Origin: a virus
Lineage: Duplodnaviria; Heunggongvirae; Uroviricota; Caudoviricetes
DNA: 44,292 nucleotides
Direction: 5' to 3' (one strand)
Virus record (IMG/VR): IMGVR_UViG_3300005573_001627
Below are positions 9,213-20,337 of the stretch, piece by piece. The position numbers were made by a program, and so were the translations under genes. Each line of letters opens with the position of its first letter. The first letter of the stretch is position 1. Under the pieces are notes generated by a model that saw nothing but the letters and a program-made list of their open reading frames with translations, was not told the origin of the DNA and did not search any database.

Positions 9213-11405
9213 TTAGTCTAATATAACTCCATGAGTATATCTTGCTACATAACTCCATGTATTATTAACAATTGATTGAATGATATTTGGAGTAATTGTC
9301 CCATTATAACTCCAGACTTGCGCGGCGATTCCGGAACCAATGTTGTCTGTATAAGTAAGACTTCTATTTGTTTCATTCCAAACATAAGCAGATACATTCT
9401 CATAAACTTCTTGAGTTAAGGTTGTGTTCACACTTCTATTATAATAATTCCAAACCTCTTGAGAAATATTTGAAGTATCTACTGTGACATTTCTTGAAGT
9501 ATAATTCCAAACATAGACCGGAACCTCTTCATTTATTTTAGTATAATTTGTGGTATCATTATACAGAGTCAAATTCCTTTCGCTATAATTCCAAGTATAT
9601 ATTGGGACTTCTTCGTTTATCTTTGTATAGTTAGTAGTATCATTTTCCCAAGTTAAGTTTCTTATAGAATAATTCCATACTGCTCCGCTAACTGTATCAG
9701 TAATAACTGTTGAGATTCCTCCGCTCCAATTCCATACATTTTCGCTTACCTGATTTAATATCTGTGAATTTATTTCTCCAGTATAAGCCCAAGTAGCATT
9801 AACAACTTGTTGGATTATATTGGGGGTTATAGTTCCATTATAATTCCAAACATGGTTCATAACATCCTGTGCGATATTTTCAGTATAAGTTAAACTTCGG
9901 TTACTGTAATTCCAAGTAGAATTAACAAATTGGCCAATAATGTTTTCATTGATTGTCCCATTATAAGACCAGGTACTATTTGTTATTTGTTCAGTAATAT
10001 TTTGGGCGATGGTTCTATTATAACTCCAAGTAATATTTGCTAACTGGTCAGATACATTTCCGCCCATTGTCCCATTATAACTCCAGGTTTCATTAGCTGT
10101 CGCACTTGGTAAGTTGGATACATGTAACTCTCCAGAACCTTTTAAATCTTGGATACTTCCAGAAGTAGTGGTTAATTTAATGTTTAACCAATTATTATAA
10201 TTATAGAAAGAAGAACCGGCCATTGTTGTTGCTCTTATAGTAATAGTTCCATTAGAAGAAATTGCACTAAAATTAGTTAAATTAACCGGGATTGAATTTG
10301 AAATAAAATCATTAAGTCCAGTTGGTGCACCACTTTTAGCCAATCCAGAAAAAGACAAATTATTAGGTAAAGGATACCATGTGCTATTATTATAATTCCA
10401 TACATCGAAATGAAGTACCGCCCCCGTTAAACTTGTTTCTCCCATGTAATATAAATCTAAGGTAGTGACATTAGTTGTATTAGTAAAATGGACAGTAGTA
10501 TCAAAATCATAAATTGCCTGACAAGTTTTAGTTGCTCCCCCACTTCCATAACAAGAAGTATAAGCATAATCTCCATAACCATTTAATAAAATTGTTGAAG
10601 CGCTATAAGTTCCAGTTGAATTGTATCTTGTTGGAGAATAACCATCCCCATTTAAATAGTAAACATAACTGCTTAATAATTGATAACTGCAACTTGCAGA
10701 TAACATATAAACACCGGTTTCATTTGGAATTTGATTGATATCATAATAATATATTCCATCGCTTCCATCTAAATGTAAAAAAGGAGCGTTATTAATATAA
10801 ATATCCGCAGAAGAATTTATTCTAGATGGATAATATGCTTTCAAGAAACAATCAGCATTATTTTCAGGAAATCCCTGACTATCTCTTACCTGTAAGAAAA
10901 CCCTGGCTCTATCGCCAACAGTATATTCTGTCCCAAAGATATTTGCAGAACCAGAAGGATTATTCATATATGTTAAGTCAAGCCATCCAGTACCTGCTCC
11001 TGTATTTGCTTGTGTTGGCAATAATGTAACATTATAAATTCCGGGTTGAGTTATAACATTAGAACAATCAAAATGTATTTGTCCTAACCCTGCATCTGCA
11101 TAGGTAGTATGAACAAGATAAGTAGGTGTATTGCATCTTTGGTTATTTACCCATAAATCAAACGAAACAGTAGGTGTAATCCAAATCTCAAATGTAATAA
11201 TTGCTGAATCAACTACAGTTATCCCATCTGGAGGATTCACAGTAATATTATAAGTATAATTAGTATTCGAACTCATACTTGTTCTATAAAATGGATTAAG
11301 GAAGATTTTATTATATTGTTGTGTAGGTTTAGTTACCTGCTCTGCAGAAACTATTGTTAAAAATAGAAAGATTCCTATCAGACTTAAAAGTATCAACCTC
11401 TTCAT
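9213..11405 (-). CDS. Secreted virion glycoprotein with C-terminal (V/T)W(N/S)Y-x-x-(R/G)-(N/T) repeats
   Basis: Signal peptide MKRLILLSLIGIFLFLTIVSAE (ATG 11405; in-frame upstream ATG 11444); more than a dozen WNY/WSY repeats at about 9240-10095. Confidence 0.8.
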   Translation of the reverse strand: MKRLILLSLIGIFLFLTIVSAEQVTKPTQQYNKIFLNPFYRTSMSSNTNYTYNITVNPPDGITVVDSAIITFEIWITPTVSFDLWVNNQRCNTPTYLVHTTYADAGLGQIHFDCSNVITQPGIYNVTLLPTQANTGAGTGWLDLTYMNNPSGSANIFGTEYTVGDRARVFLQVRDSQGFPENNADCFLKAYYPSRINSSADIYINNAPFLHLDGSDGIYYYDINQIPNETGVYMLSASCSYQLLSSYVYYLNGDGYSPTRYNSTGTYSASTILLNGYGDYAYTSCYGSGGATKTCQAIYDFDTTVHFTNTTNVTTLDLYYMGETSLTGAVLHFDVWNYNNSTWYPLPNNLSFSGLAKSGAPTGLNDFISNSIPVNLTNFSAISSNGTITIRATTMAGSSFYNYNNWLNIKLTTTSGSIQDLKGSGELHVSNLPSATANETWSYNGTMGGNVSDQLANITWSYNRTIAQNITEQITNSTWSYNGTINENIIGQFVNSTWNYSNRSLTYTENIAQDVMNHVWNYNGTITPNIIQQVVNATWAYTGEINSQILNQVSENVWNWSGGISTVITDTVSGAVWNYSIRNLTWENDTTNYTKINEEVPIYTWNYSERNLTLYNDTTNYTKINEEVPVYVWNYTSRNVTVDTSNISQEVWNYYNRSVNTTLTQEVYENVSAYVWNETNRSLTYTDNIGSGIAAQVWSYNGTITPNIIQSIVNNTWSYVARYTHGVILD

Positions 11406-11449
11406 ATTATTCCCATGCTTTTGATATTTATAAATGTTGTCCATTGTTC

Positions 11450-14400
11450 TTATCCATAGTTCCCTAAATAGATTAGGGTAACTGTATAATTTTCTTCAGT
11501 AGGATTTGAATTTGTTATATTAGCAACAAAAGTATCATTGATTGCATAATTCTTTTCAATGTCCCAGATTCCAGTATGGACTGCTCTATCTGCATCGATA
11601 ACTAATCCAGCACCAGTTGTTGCTTTGAATCTATATTGCGAAGTAAGACTTGAAGGTGTTACTCTTATTTCGGTTATTAGGAATCCAAGTAATGGACTAC
11701 TTGTAACATTTCCAGAACCTCCTGTAGTGTTAATAGTTAAATTCAAGGAATAGGATTGTACTTTTGCAGAAACATTAATTGCATATTGTTGAGCATCAAC
11801 TTCTGTTTTATTATACACTTCTGATTTGTTATAAATATTATCAAAACTTCCAGTTGTTGCGGATACTGAAATAGCAGTAATATTTGAAGAATTAAGAACA
11901 GTAATATTTGCTTCAGTAATATTTGCATTTCCTGCAGACAACCAATTTACATAAATCATATTGGCAAAGATATCGGATACATTCAAGGTGGTTAAATAAA
12001 TTGTTGTAGAATTAACGGTAGATATAATTGCGTTTGTAGAACTTACGATAGATGAATTGATATCTATAATATTTCCGGTTGTAACATTCATTGTCCCAAT
12101 AACTGCTTGGACTACTCCAAGTAAATTTGTTATTGTTGCAGAAGTAATATTTGCTGTAGTAGTTACAGAGGTATTAGTTGTAATGCTTTCTGCAGAAACA
12201 TTATAACTACCTAGGTCTAAGTTCTTAGTAGCATTATTATATGGAACATAATACTCTGTAAGATTATAAGTTATATTATTAATAGTATTGTTTATCAAAG
12301 TGAAGTTGGCTAACAGTTCTGATATCTGTTGTACCGCATAATTCAAAGTGAGATTCATTGAAGATAAATTAGAATATACTTCATTAAATTGATTAGTCAA
12401 ATTCAAGTTAGTCCAATTGATATAATCAAGTAGTGTAGAATTAACTGAACTCAAGTTAGCATAAAGTTCATTGAGTTGATTAGTAAAATTCAATTGGGCA
12501 AAATTTAAAGTATTATTCATAGAAGTAAGATTTGCATAAACTTCTGTAAATTGATTCGTCAGATTCAAATTCGTATACATAAGAGATTGATTCAGGGCCC
12601 AATCTGAATAGTTAATCGTTAAATTAATCTCACTTAAGTTTGCATATAATTCATTAAGTTGATTTGTGAAATTAAGTTGCGCGGAGTTTAATGTATTATT
12701 CATAGAAGTAAGATTTGCTTTTGTTTCATTAATCTGTACTTGAAGATAAGTATCATTCTCAATCATCGATTGATTTATTGAAGATAAATTTGCATAGAGT
12801 TCATTAATCATATTTGTAAGATTCAAATTTGTTTGGCTAATTGTATAATTAATTGTAGTGAGATTATATCTTGCTTCATTAATGTATTCAGTATAATTAG
12901 CAAAATAAGAATAGTTGCTGAAGTTAGAATAATTTACATCTCCTGCAGATGTTGCATAACCGCTGAAGTTAGAATAATTAGATTCTCCAGAAGTATTAGC
13001 ATATCCTGCATAATCAGAGTAATTACTAAAGTTGGAATAATTAGACTCTTCTGCGTAGCCGCTGAAGTTGGAGTAATTAGATTCTCCAGCGGTTGCAGCG
13101 TACCCAGCATTGTTAGAATAATTGCTGAAATTAGAATAGTTTGCATTTTCAGCGTTAGTTGCATAACCGCTAAAGTTAGAATAATTTGAACTTTCAGCAG
13201 TCACAGCCTGATTAGAGAATAAAGAATAATTACTGAAGTAAGAATAATTAACAGTCGCATTAGCAATACTGTCATTGACTTCACTAATATTTGCGTAGAC
13301 TTCCTGGAACTGGTTAGTCACATTCAGACTTAGATTAGAAATGGATTCATTCAAGGTTCCAATGTTTTGGCTATTGTTATTTGCCGTATTATTAATTAAA
13401 CTTATATTTGCCTGAGTTTCATTGATTCTCCAATTAAGTGTTGAATTAACTTCTTGTATACTCAAGTTGATTGTATTAATATTAATCGCTAAGGTATCTA
13501 TAATAGAATCTAGTAATCCATTAAGATAATAAGTTCCAGTTGTCTTATTAACTTCACTAGCATTTATCATTACAGAAATTAATCTATATAGAGTAAGATT
13601 AGAATCTATAGTTGTTTTGTTATAATAGTTAGAGAAGTTTGCTTCTATTGTAGTAATGTTATAATAATAATTAGTTAATGAATCATTCAAGGTGTTAATC
13701 GAATTATTAAGTTCAGTCAGGTTTGCATAAACTTCATTTATCTGATTAGTCAAATTCAGATTTGTCCAATTAATATAATCTAGCAAAGTAGAATTTACTA
13801 ATGAAAGATTAGCATATAACTCATTAAGTTGATTTGTAAAATTGGTTTGGACTAAACTGATATTTGCATATACTTCTTGGAATTGATTAGTCAAGTTCAG
13901 ATTAGTTTCCTGAATAGAAAGATTAAGTTCATAGGTAGAATAATTCAGGGAATCATTAACCAAAGAGATGTTTGCATATAGTTCATTAATCTGATTTGTA
14001 AAGTTAGCCTGTATTAAATTAACTGTATTATTAATTAAAGTTAGATTTGCTTTAGTCTCATTAATTTGAGTCTGTAAATAAGTATCATTTGCTATCATTG
14101 ATTGATTGACCTCAGATAAATTTGCATAGACCTCATTAATCTGATTTGTTAAATTCAAGTTAGTCTGAGTGATTGTATTATTTATAACTGTAAGATTATA
14201 TCGAGTCTCATTAATATACTCACTGAAGTTACTGTAATTAGAATAGTTCACATCTCCTGCAGATGTAGCATATCCAGCAAAATTTGAGTAATTGCTGAAA
14301 TAGGAATAATTGACTGTAGCATTAATTAGGCTATCATTAACTTCACTTATGTTAGAATAGACCTCATTGAATTGATTAGTTATATTGTTATTTGTATCTG

Positions 14401-17400
14401 TAATAGATTGATTTAATAATCCAAGATTATATGTATTATTATTCACTGTATCATTGATTAAAGAAACATTTGCATTGGTTTCATTAAGTTCCCATCCAAA
14501 TGTTTGAACAGTTATATTCACTGAATTAATATTCATTACCAAGGTATCAATTATAGTATCAAGCAATTGGTCAAGGTAATACGTCCCAGTGGTCTTGTTT
14601 ACTTCACTAGTATTAATAAAAACAGAAATCAATCTGTATAAAGTTAAGTTCGCATCTATTGTTGTTTTATTATAGTAATCATTATTCAGGGAATTGTTTA
14701 TAGAAGTAAGATTTGCATAGACTTCATTGAACTGATTAGTCATATTAAGATTAGTCCAGTTAATATAATCTAAAAGAGTTGAATTCACAGAACTTAAGTT
14801 TGTATAGATTTCATTAATCTGATTTGTAAAATTAATTTGAAGAGCATTAACAGTATTATTGATGCCAGTCATATTATTGTAAATTTCAGTTATCTGATTT
14901 GTTAGGTTAAGATTTGTTTGAGTTATTGAAAGATTCAAAGCATATAAAGAATAATTTGTTGAAGCGTTTAAGTAACTTATATTTGTATAGATTTCATTAA
15001 CTTGATTTGTCAGATTCAAATTTGTTTCAGTTATAGATTGATTTAATGTTGAGAGATTTGCGTAGACTTCATTAATCTGATTTGTCAGATTTAAATTAGT
15101 ATCATTGATAGATTGATTCAACAAAGAAATATTGGCCATGATTTCGCTTACATGATTTGTAAGATTAAGATTTGTATCTCTGATAGAATCATTAATTACA
15201 GTAAGATTATATCTCGTCTCGTTAATATACTCACTGAAGTTTGTATAACCTGCATAATTTGAATAGTTACTAAAGTTAGAATAGTTAGATTCTCCTGCAG
15301 CATCTGCATAACCAGAGTAATGAGAATAATTACTGAAGTAAGAATAGTTAACAGTTGCATTGATTAGACTATCATTAACTTCGGTAATATTTGCATAGAC
15401 TTCATTGAATTGGTTTGTTACATTATTATTTGTATCTGTGATTGCTTGTGTTAAGGTAGAGTTAATATTGCTTACATTATTTGTGAGATTATTAACAATG
15501 TCGTTTACTAATGTAAGATTTGCATTTATCTCTCCAATCTGCCAGGATAAAGAACTGTTCACTGTTTGGATAGAAACATTTACAGTGTTTATATTAATAG
15601 CCAAAGTGTCGATAATAGTATCGAGAAGTTCATTAAGATAATAAGTTCCGGTTGTTTTATTTATCTCACTTGTATTAATCAAAACAGAAATCAATCTGTA
15701 TAAAGTCAGATTAGAATCGATTGTTGTTTTATTATAATAATTATTATTCAAGGAATTATTGATTGAAGTCATATTAGCATAGACTTCTACAAACTGATTT
15801 GTGAGATTAAGATTTGTTTCAGTTATAAGATTTAATAAGGTACTATTGACATTGCTTAAATTTGCGAATAATTCATTAATCTGATTTGTGAAATTAAGAC
15901 TGGTATTAATCAATGTTAGATTTACATAACTTATATTTGCATAGACTTCATTGAATTGATTAGTTAGGTTCAAGTTAGTATCAGTGATACTTTGATTGAT
16001 ACTGCTTACAGAATTATTAACTTCGCTGATATTAGCATAAAGTTCATTTACCTGATTAGTTAAATTCAGGTTAGTATCTCGAATAGAATTATTAAGCGCG
16101 CTCATATTAGCAGAGACTTCATTGAATTGATTTGTGAGATTAAGATTTGTTTCATTAAGGGTCTGATTAATCAAACTCAAGTTAGCCATTATCTCTGAAA
16201 CGTGATTTGTAAGATTAAGATTAGTTTGTTGAATTGATGTATTTAAAGAAGAAATATTAGAATAGACTTCGCTAAATTGATTGGTAAAGTTAAGATTAGT
16301 CTGAGTTATTGAATTATTAATTGCTGTGAGATTATACCTTGTTTCATTTATGTATTCAGTATAGTTAGAATAATTACTATAGTTTGCTTGGTTCGCTATA
16401 TCTACATATCCGGCATAAGAAGAATAATTACTAAAGTTTGAATAATTAGCATCTCCTGCCGTTGTAGCGTAATTAGAATAATTACTATAATTAGATTCCC
16501 CAGAAGTTACAGCATATTCAGCATATAAAGAGTAATTACTATAATAAGAAAAGTTAACTGTAGCATTTGCTAGACTTTCATTAACCTCACTTATATTAGC
16601 ATAGACTTCTGTAAATTGATTTGTAATATTGTTACTTAGATTAGTTATGGATTCAGTATTATTATTTACAGTCTCATTAATTAAACTTAAGTTAGCATTA
16701 GTCTCATTAATTTGCCAACCAAGAGAAGCATTTACACTTTGGATACTAAGATTTACTGTATTAATATTAATAGCCAAAGTATCTATAATAGTATCCAATA
16801 ATTGGTTAAGATAATAAGTTCCGCTAGTTTTGTTTACTTCACTAGTACTAATCAAGACAGAGATTAATCTATACAAGGTTAGATTAGAATCAATAGTGGT
16901 CTTGTTATAATAATCATTTTGGAGAGTATTATTCAAATAGTTAATATCATTAGTAAAAGTAATATTCATCTGAGAAAGGTTACCCCAAAGAGTTTCATTT
17001 ATTTCAGTAAGATTACCCCATAAAGTTTCATTAACTATCTCTACATAAATTGTAACATTTTCAACTGTTGAATTTATATAAGTACAATTGGTTCCATCGC
17101 TGTAACAAACATTTCCTGCAAAGACTTCAGTAAAGTTACCATAACCTATAGCGGTTATATTTCCATCAACAAGAACATTTGTATTAATAAACAAACCTTC
17201 CCCACTTAAATTCTGAAAGAACGCATCTGCTTGGAATGTTGCTTTACCATAGATAGTAGTAGAGTTACCCCAATCCTGTTGGAGTATTCCGTTGGCCCAA
17301 AGTTCTACTCTTTGTGTTGATTCATTATACATTATAAAACTACTTTGATTAGAAAAATGAATATCCCCCCCGCTTGGGATAGTTAACCTTGTTATATTCA

Positions 17401-19984
17401 TATTTGAAAAACTTGCATTAACATCGCTTGCATTAATATCCCCTCCGGTAACTAATAAACCACCGGTTATTTTTACAGGACTCCCTCCGATTATTGTTCC
17501 TCCAACAAATAAATCATTCACCACTTGAAGGCTATCAAATTTTCCGGAGCCATTAACATCTAATGTTGCTCCGGGATTTGGATTCTTAATTCCAACATCT
17601 CCATATACATCTACTATAACTGTATCTCCTTCATCAGTCCTTGTAACTGTAAAAGGATTTTGGCTGAACCCAGGATAACTATCATTAAATAATGGAAAAC
17701 CATTTTGGTAAATTTCATTAATTGTAGTATTATTTAAAACAATATTTTCTATTCCTACTTCATCGATATACCCTTTATAAAATTTTGTAATATCAGAACG
17801 CACACCAATGAACATACTAGTAGAAGTTCCTGCAAGCGAATCAATAGGAGTTTCAAGGGTTTGGTTTACTCCATTAATATATAAATTGATTACACCGTTA
17901 TCTACAGTACCAACAACAAAATACCAAGTGTTTAAACTCAGAGTTCCTGAACTTCTTTTCTGAACCGTACTTCCTCCTTGTTTAACCAAAAAGTGGATTT
18001 TGTCATTTGCTTTAACATAAAACATATATCCATTATTCAATGACCTATCATTATTTTTACTTACAATCCAATTATTATCTGATGACTGTGTTATATAAAT
18101 CCAAGCACTAATTGTAAAATTATCAGTAATATTTATTTGGGGAGCGTCATCAATGAACACATAACCTGTTCCGGTAAGAGACCCTAAAGAATAATTCCCT
18201 GTTCCATTACTCCCTTTGGATGCAGTATAATTATCAGTCTTAAGAAATCCTGTATTAAGATATCTAGAAGAATCAAAAGCGTCGGTTCCGTTTCCTTCTT
18301 CAAATCTATAACAAGCAGAAGAATTTTCGTGGCAAGTGACTACAGTAATATTAGTTGCATTTCCTTTTACTCTTGTTCCATTAACATTTAAGTTTCCTCC
18401 AATGTAAACATCTCCTATTGATTCAAGGGCACCAGTAGTTATATATGTAGAAGTTAAATTCCCAGTAGTAATATTTAATGCAGTTATGTTAGTTGCATTA
18501 ATATTTGCATTAACCCAAGAAGCAGTGAGATTATAATTTGCTAAATCAACATTATTAACTGCTCCAGTATATGGAACAAAAACTCCGGTTCCATTTGACC
18601 TTGCATCAATTGTAGAGTTTAAAGCGGTCTCATTAAAACTCACATTGTTATTAGCAACTGTAAGATATTTAGGAGTATCGGTCCCGGTGATAAAGTTATA
18701 GATATCATTCATTATTTTTGTAAAAATAGAAAGATTAAGATGATAATACTCGCTATCATTTCCTCCTTGAAGATTAGTTAAATTCTGATGAGAGATGTTT
18801 CCAAGGAAAGTATCTATCTGTGTGCTATTATAAGTTTCATTCCTGGGCATGGCCCATGGATGATTTGTTATTAAATCTCTGCCGCTTAAACTATCATGCT
18901 CTACATTAGTTATTGCTGTTGCTCCTTTTATTAATGCAGTGTAATCTATATGAAGTAGATGGCCTACAACACCTGGTTGAACATGCATCAATCTCATCTG
19001 AACAGTTTCATTTTGAATATGGGGTGCTGAATCTATTATAGGAAAATTAGAGAAGACAAAGTTAGATTCATCTGTGATTATAAAATAACTTTCCCAAGTG
19101 CTGGTGTTGTAATCCCAAATATCTACTTCTATCTCATGCCCAGCAGAACCAGTATACCATTGCCTTAAAAGAACATTATCAAATGAGGTAGTAACATTTG
19201 TAAAATTAATCAAGACTGTAATTGAATTTATTCCAGCTGCTTCTGAAACATTATAGTAATCTGTATCTACATATAATAAAGAAGTAAGGTTGCCTCCCGT
19301 ATTTGTTCCGGTAGTTGTAACAACACTTGTTGGTGGGTAATATATAGAAGCAGTTAAATCAAGGATAGTTTCATTAAGTTTTGTCTCATTAAGAATTATT
19401 GAAGTTGTATTATTATATAGATAAGGTGCGGCTCCGTCCTTTTGGTCGTATACTGATTGGGGGACATCTTGAATATATCCCCAAGTCATATTTGCATTAA
19501 CATATTCTGCAGTTAAATTATGTCCATCTAAATTCACATTCTGTGTAGAACCATTGTATGGAACATAAGTATCATTTCCTATTTGGCTGATTGTATTATT
19601 CAAAGCGGTTTCGTTGAAACTAACATTACTCCCATTTGTAGAGAGATATTTTGGAGTATCGGTTCCTGTAATAAAATTGTAAAGGTCTGTAATAATTTTA
19701 GAAAAGGCAGAAAGATTAAGATGATAATATTCTCCTGATGAACCTCCTTGAAGTCCAGCAAGAGAGTTATGAGCAATAGTAGAAATATTAATCGCCGTCG
19801 TATTAATGATTATAACTCCTTCAGTAATTCCTGTAGAATAAATTGTTTGGTTTCCCAAAACTTCTAGAGCACTAACTGATGGACAAAAGAAAAAAGAAAA
19901 AGAAACTAGTAAGATTAAAAATAAAGATAGGAGAATGAGAGACCTACTACTAAATGAATTTACATTTCTTGTAGAATCTCTCAT
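11450..19984 (-). CDS. Giant (2844 aa) Asn-rich fibre/adhesin with LamG-like domain and long repetitive coiled-coil stalk
   Basis: Signal peptide; LamG motifs (CYRFEEGNG, FTISAWIY, WYFVVGT, LYING, FYKGYIDEV) at about 17740-18325; two H-x-x-L-x-x-LQGG-x-x-x-EYYHL motifs; GGAGG RBS at 19994-19998. Confidence 0.85.
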   Translation of the reverse strand: MRDSTRNVNSFSSRSLILLSLFLILLVSFSFFFCPSVSALEVLGNQTIYSTGITEGVIIINTTAINISTIAHNSLAGLQGGSSGEYYHLNLSAFSKIITDLYNFITGTDTPKYLSTNGSNVSFNETALNNTISQIGNDTYVPYNGSTQNVNLDGHNLTAEYVNANMTWGYIQDVPQSVYDQKDGAAPYLYNNTTSIILNETKLNETILDLTASIYYPPTSVVTTTGTNTGGNLTSLLYVDTDYYNVSEAAGINSITVLINFTNVTTSFDNVLLRQWYTGSAGHEIEVDIWDYNTSTWESYFIITDESNFVFSNFPIIDSAPHIQNETVQMRLMHVQPGVVGHLLHIDYTALIKGATAITNVEHDSLSGRDLITNHPWAMPRNETYNSTQIDTFLGNISHQNLTNLQGGNDSEYYHLNLSIFTKIMNDIYNFITGTDTPKYLTVANNNVSFNETALNSTIDARSNGTGVFVPYTGAVNNVDLANYNLTASWVNANINATNITALNITTGNLTSTYITTGALESIGDVYIGGNLNVNGTRVKGNATNITVVTCHENSSACYRFEEGNGTDAFDSSRYLNTGFLKTDNYTASKGSNGTGNYSLGSLTGTGYVFIDDAPQINITDNFTISAWIYITQSSDNNWIVSKNNDRSLNNGYMFYVKANDKIHFLVKQGGSTVQKRSSGTLSLNTWYFVVGTVDNGVINLYINGVNQTLETPIDSLAGTSTSMFIGVRSDITKFYKGYIDEVGIENIVLNNTTINEIYQNGFPLFNDSYPGFSQNPFTVTRTDEGDTVIVDVYGDVGIKNPNPGATLDVNGSGKFDSLQVVNDLFVGGTIIGGSPVKITGGLLVTGGDINASDVNASFSNMNITRLTIPSGGDIHFSNQSSFIMYNESTQRVELWANGILQQDWGNSTTIYGKATFQADAFFQNLSGEGLFINTNVLVDGNITAIGYGNFTEVFAGNVCYSDGTNCTYINSTVENVTIYVEIVNETLWGNLTEINETLWGNLSQMNITFTNDINYLNNTLQNDYYNKTTIDSNLTLYRLISVLISTSEVNKTSGTYYLNQLLDTIIDTLAININTVNLSIQSVNASLGWQINETNANLSLINETVNNNTESITNLSNNITNQFTEVYANISEVNESLANATVNFSYYSNYSLYAEYAVTSGESNYSNYSNYATTAGDANYSNFSNYSSYAGYVDIANQANYSNYSNYTEYINETRYNLTAINNSITQTNLNFTNQFSEVYSNISSLNTSIQQTNLNLTNHVSEIMANLSLINQTLNETNLNLTNQFNEVSANMSALNNSIRDTNLNLTNQVNELYANISEVNNSVSSINQSITDTNLNLTNQFNEVYANISYVNLTLINTSLNFTNQINELFANLSNVNSTLLNLITETNLNLTNQFVEVYANMTSINNSLNNNYYNKTTIDSNLTLYRLISVLINTSEINKTTGTYYLNELLDTIIDTLAININTVNVSIQTVNSSLSWQIGEINANLTLVNDIVNNLTNNVSNINSTLTQAITDTNNNVTNQFNEVYANITEVNDSLINATVNYSYFSNYSHYSGYADAAGESNYSNFSNYSNYAGYTNFSEYINETRYNLTVINDSIRDTNLNLTNHVSEIMANISLLNQSINDTNLNLTNQINEVYANLSTLNQSITETNLNLTNQVNEIYTNISYLNASTNYSLYALNLSITQTNLNLTNQITEIYNNMTGINNTVNALQINFTNQINEIYTNLSSVNSTLLDYINWTNLNMTNQFNEVYANLTSINNSLNNDYYNKTTIDANLTLYRLISVFINTSEVNKTTGTYYLDQLLDTIIDTLVMNINSVNITVQTFGWELNETNANVSLINDTVNNNTYNLGLLNQSITDTNNNITNQFNEVYSNISEVNDSLINATVNYSYFSNYSNFAGYATSAGDVNYSNYSNFSEYINETRYNLTVINNTITQTNLNLTNQINEVYANLSEVNQSMIANDTYLQTQINETKANLTLINNTVNLIQANFTNQINELYANISLVNDSLNYSTYELNLSIQETNLNLTNQFQEVYANISLVQTNFTNQLNELYANLSLVNSTLLDYINWTNLNLTNQINEVYANLTELNNSINTLNDSLTNYYYNITTIEANFSNYYNKTTIDSNLTLYRLISVMINASEVNKTTGTYYLNGLLDSIIDTLAININTINLSIQEVNSTLNWRINETQANISLINNTANNNSQNIGTLNESISNLSLNVTNQFQEVYANISEVNDSIANATVNYSYFSNYSLFSNQAVTAESSNYSNFSGYATNAENANYSNFSNYSNNAGYAATAGESNYSNFSGYAEESNYSNFSNYSDYAGYANTSGESNYSNFSGYATSAGDVNYSNFSNYSYFANYTEYINEARYNLTTINYTISQTNLNLTNMINELYANLSSINQSMIENDTYLQVQINETKANLTSMNNTLNSAQLNFTNQLNELYANLSEINLTINYSDWALNQSLMYTNLNLTNQFTEVYANLTSMNNTLNFAQLNFTNQLNELYANLSSVNSTLLDYINWTNLNLTNQFNEVYSNLSSMNLTLNYAVQQISELLANFTLINNTINNITYNLTEYYVPYNNATKNLDLGSYNVSAESITTNTSVTTTANITSATITNLLGVVQAVIGTMNVTTGNIIDINSSIVSSTNAIISTVNSTTIYLTTLNVSDIFANMIYVNWLSAGNANITEANITVLNSSNITAISVSATTGSFDNIYNKSEVYNKTEVDAQQYAINVSAKVQSYSLNLTINTTGGSGNVTSSPLLGFLITEIRVTPSSLTSQYRFKATTGAGLVIDADRAVHTGIWDIEKNYAINDTFVANITNSNPTEENYTVTLIYLGNYG
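12300..16930 (-). repeat. About four 350-390 aa super-repeats plus a partial fifth in the fibre gene
   Basis: Marker YYNKTTIDxNLTLYRLISVxIxxSExNKTxGTYYL at about 16750-16920, 15585-15745, 14520-14680 and 13470-13630; interspersed TNLNLTNQxNExYANxS and YSNFSxYA units. Confidence 0.9.
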
Positions 19985-20001
19985 GTATTATTGACCTCCC
20001 T

Positions 20002-20232
20002 TTAAACTATTCCTGCTTGTCTCAATGAGCTGTAAGTAACTGCAATTCCTATTCCAAGAATACCTAGAGCGAAGAACCCTGGTACCATCTTAAGAACAGT
20101 TGCTCCCCAAGTTGTAGAGTTGTAAAGGTCTCCATTTGTCTCAGCAACATCGTTAACTTGCTGTGAGATAGGACCTACTAAGGAAACTCCGATTAATATT
20201 GAGACGAATCCACCTATAAGATTTGCTATCAT
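20002..20232 (-). CDS. Major capsid protein of spindle-shaped virus (SSV1 VP1-like)
   Basis: MIANLIGGFVSILIGVSLVGPISQQVN...NST...ATVLKMVPGFFALGILGIGIAVTYSSLRQ matches the fusellovirus VP1 pattern as I recall it (FILIGIVLLPVIVSQVN...ATLLNLVPLFY); two TM helices with a sequon in the loop; first gene after strong promoters. Confidence 0.8.
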   Translation of the reverse strand: MIANLIGGFVSILIGVSLVGPISQQVNDVAETNGDLYNSTTWGATVLKMVPGFFALGILGIGIAVTYSSLRQAGIV

Positions 20233-20275
20233 TTTGTATAAACATGGCCTCCTATAAATTATATACTCCAATGCT

Positions 20276-20293
20276 ATCTTTATAAATATAGTC
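20276..20293 (-). promoter_or_regulatory. Capsid-operon promoter box 1 GACTATATTTATAAAGAT
   Basis: Exact 18-bp repeat of 20338-20355; contains TTTATAAA. Confidence 0.7.
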
Positions 20294-20337
20294 TACTAAT
20301 CACTACTTTTGAATTACTAGTAGAAAAAGAAAGACTC

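Noticed and set aside
11450-19984. Diversity-generating retroelement target in the fibre gene
   Set aside because: No reverse transcriptase in the window and repeat differences are not adenine-restricted; cannot be excluded outside the window
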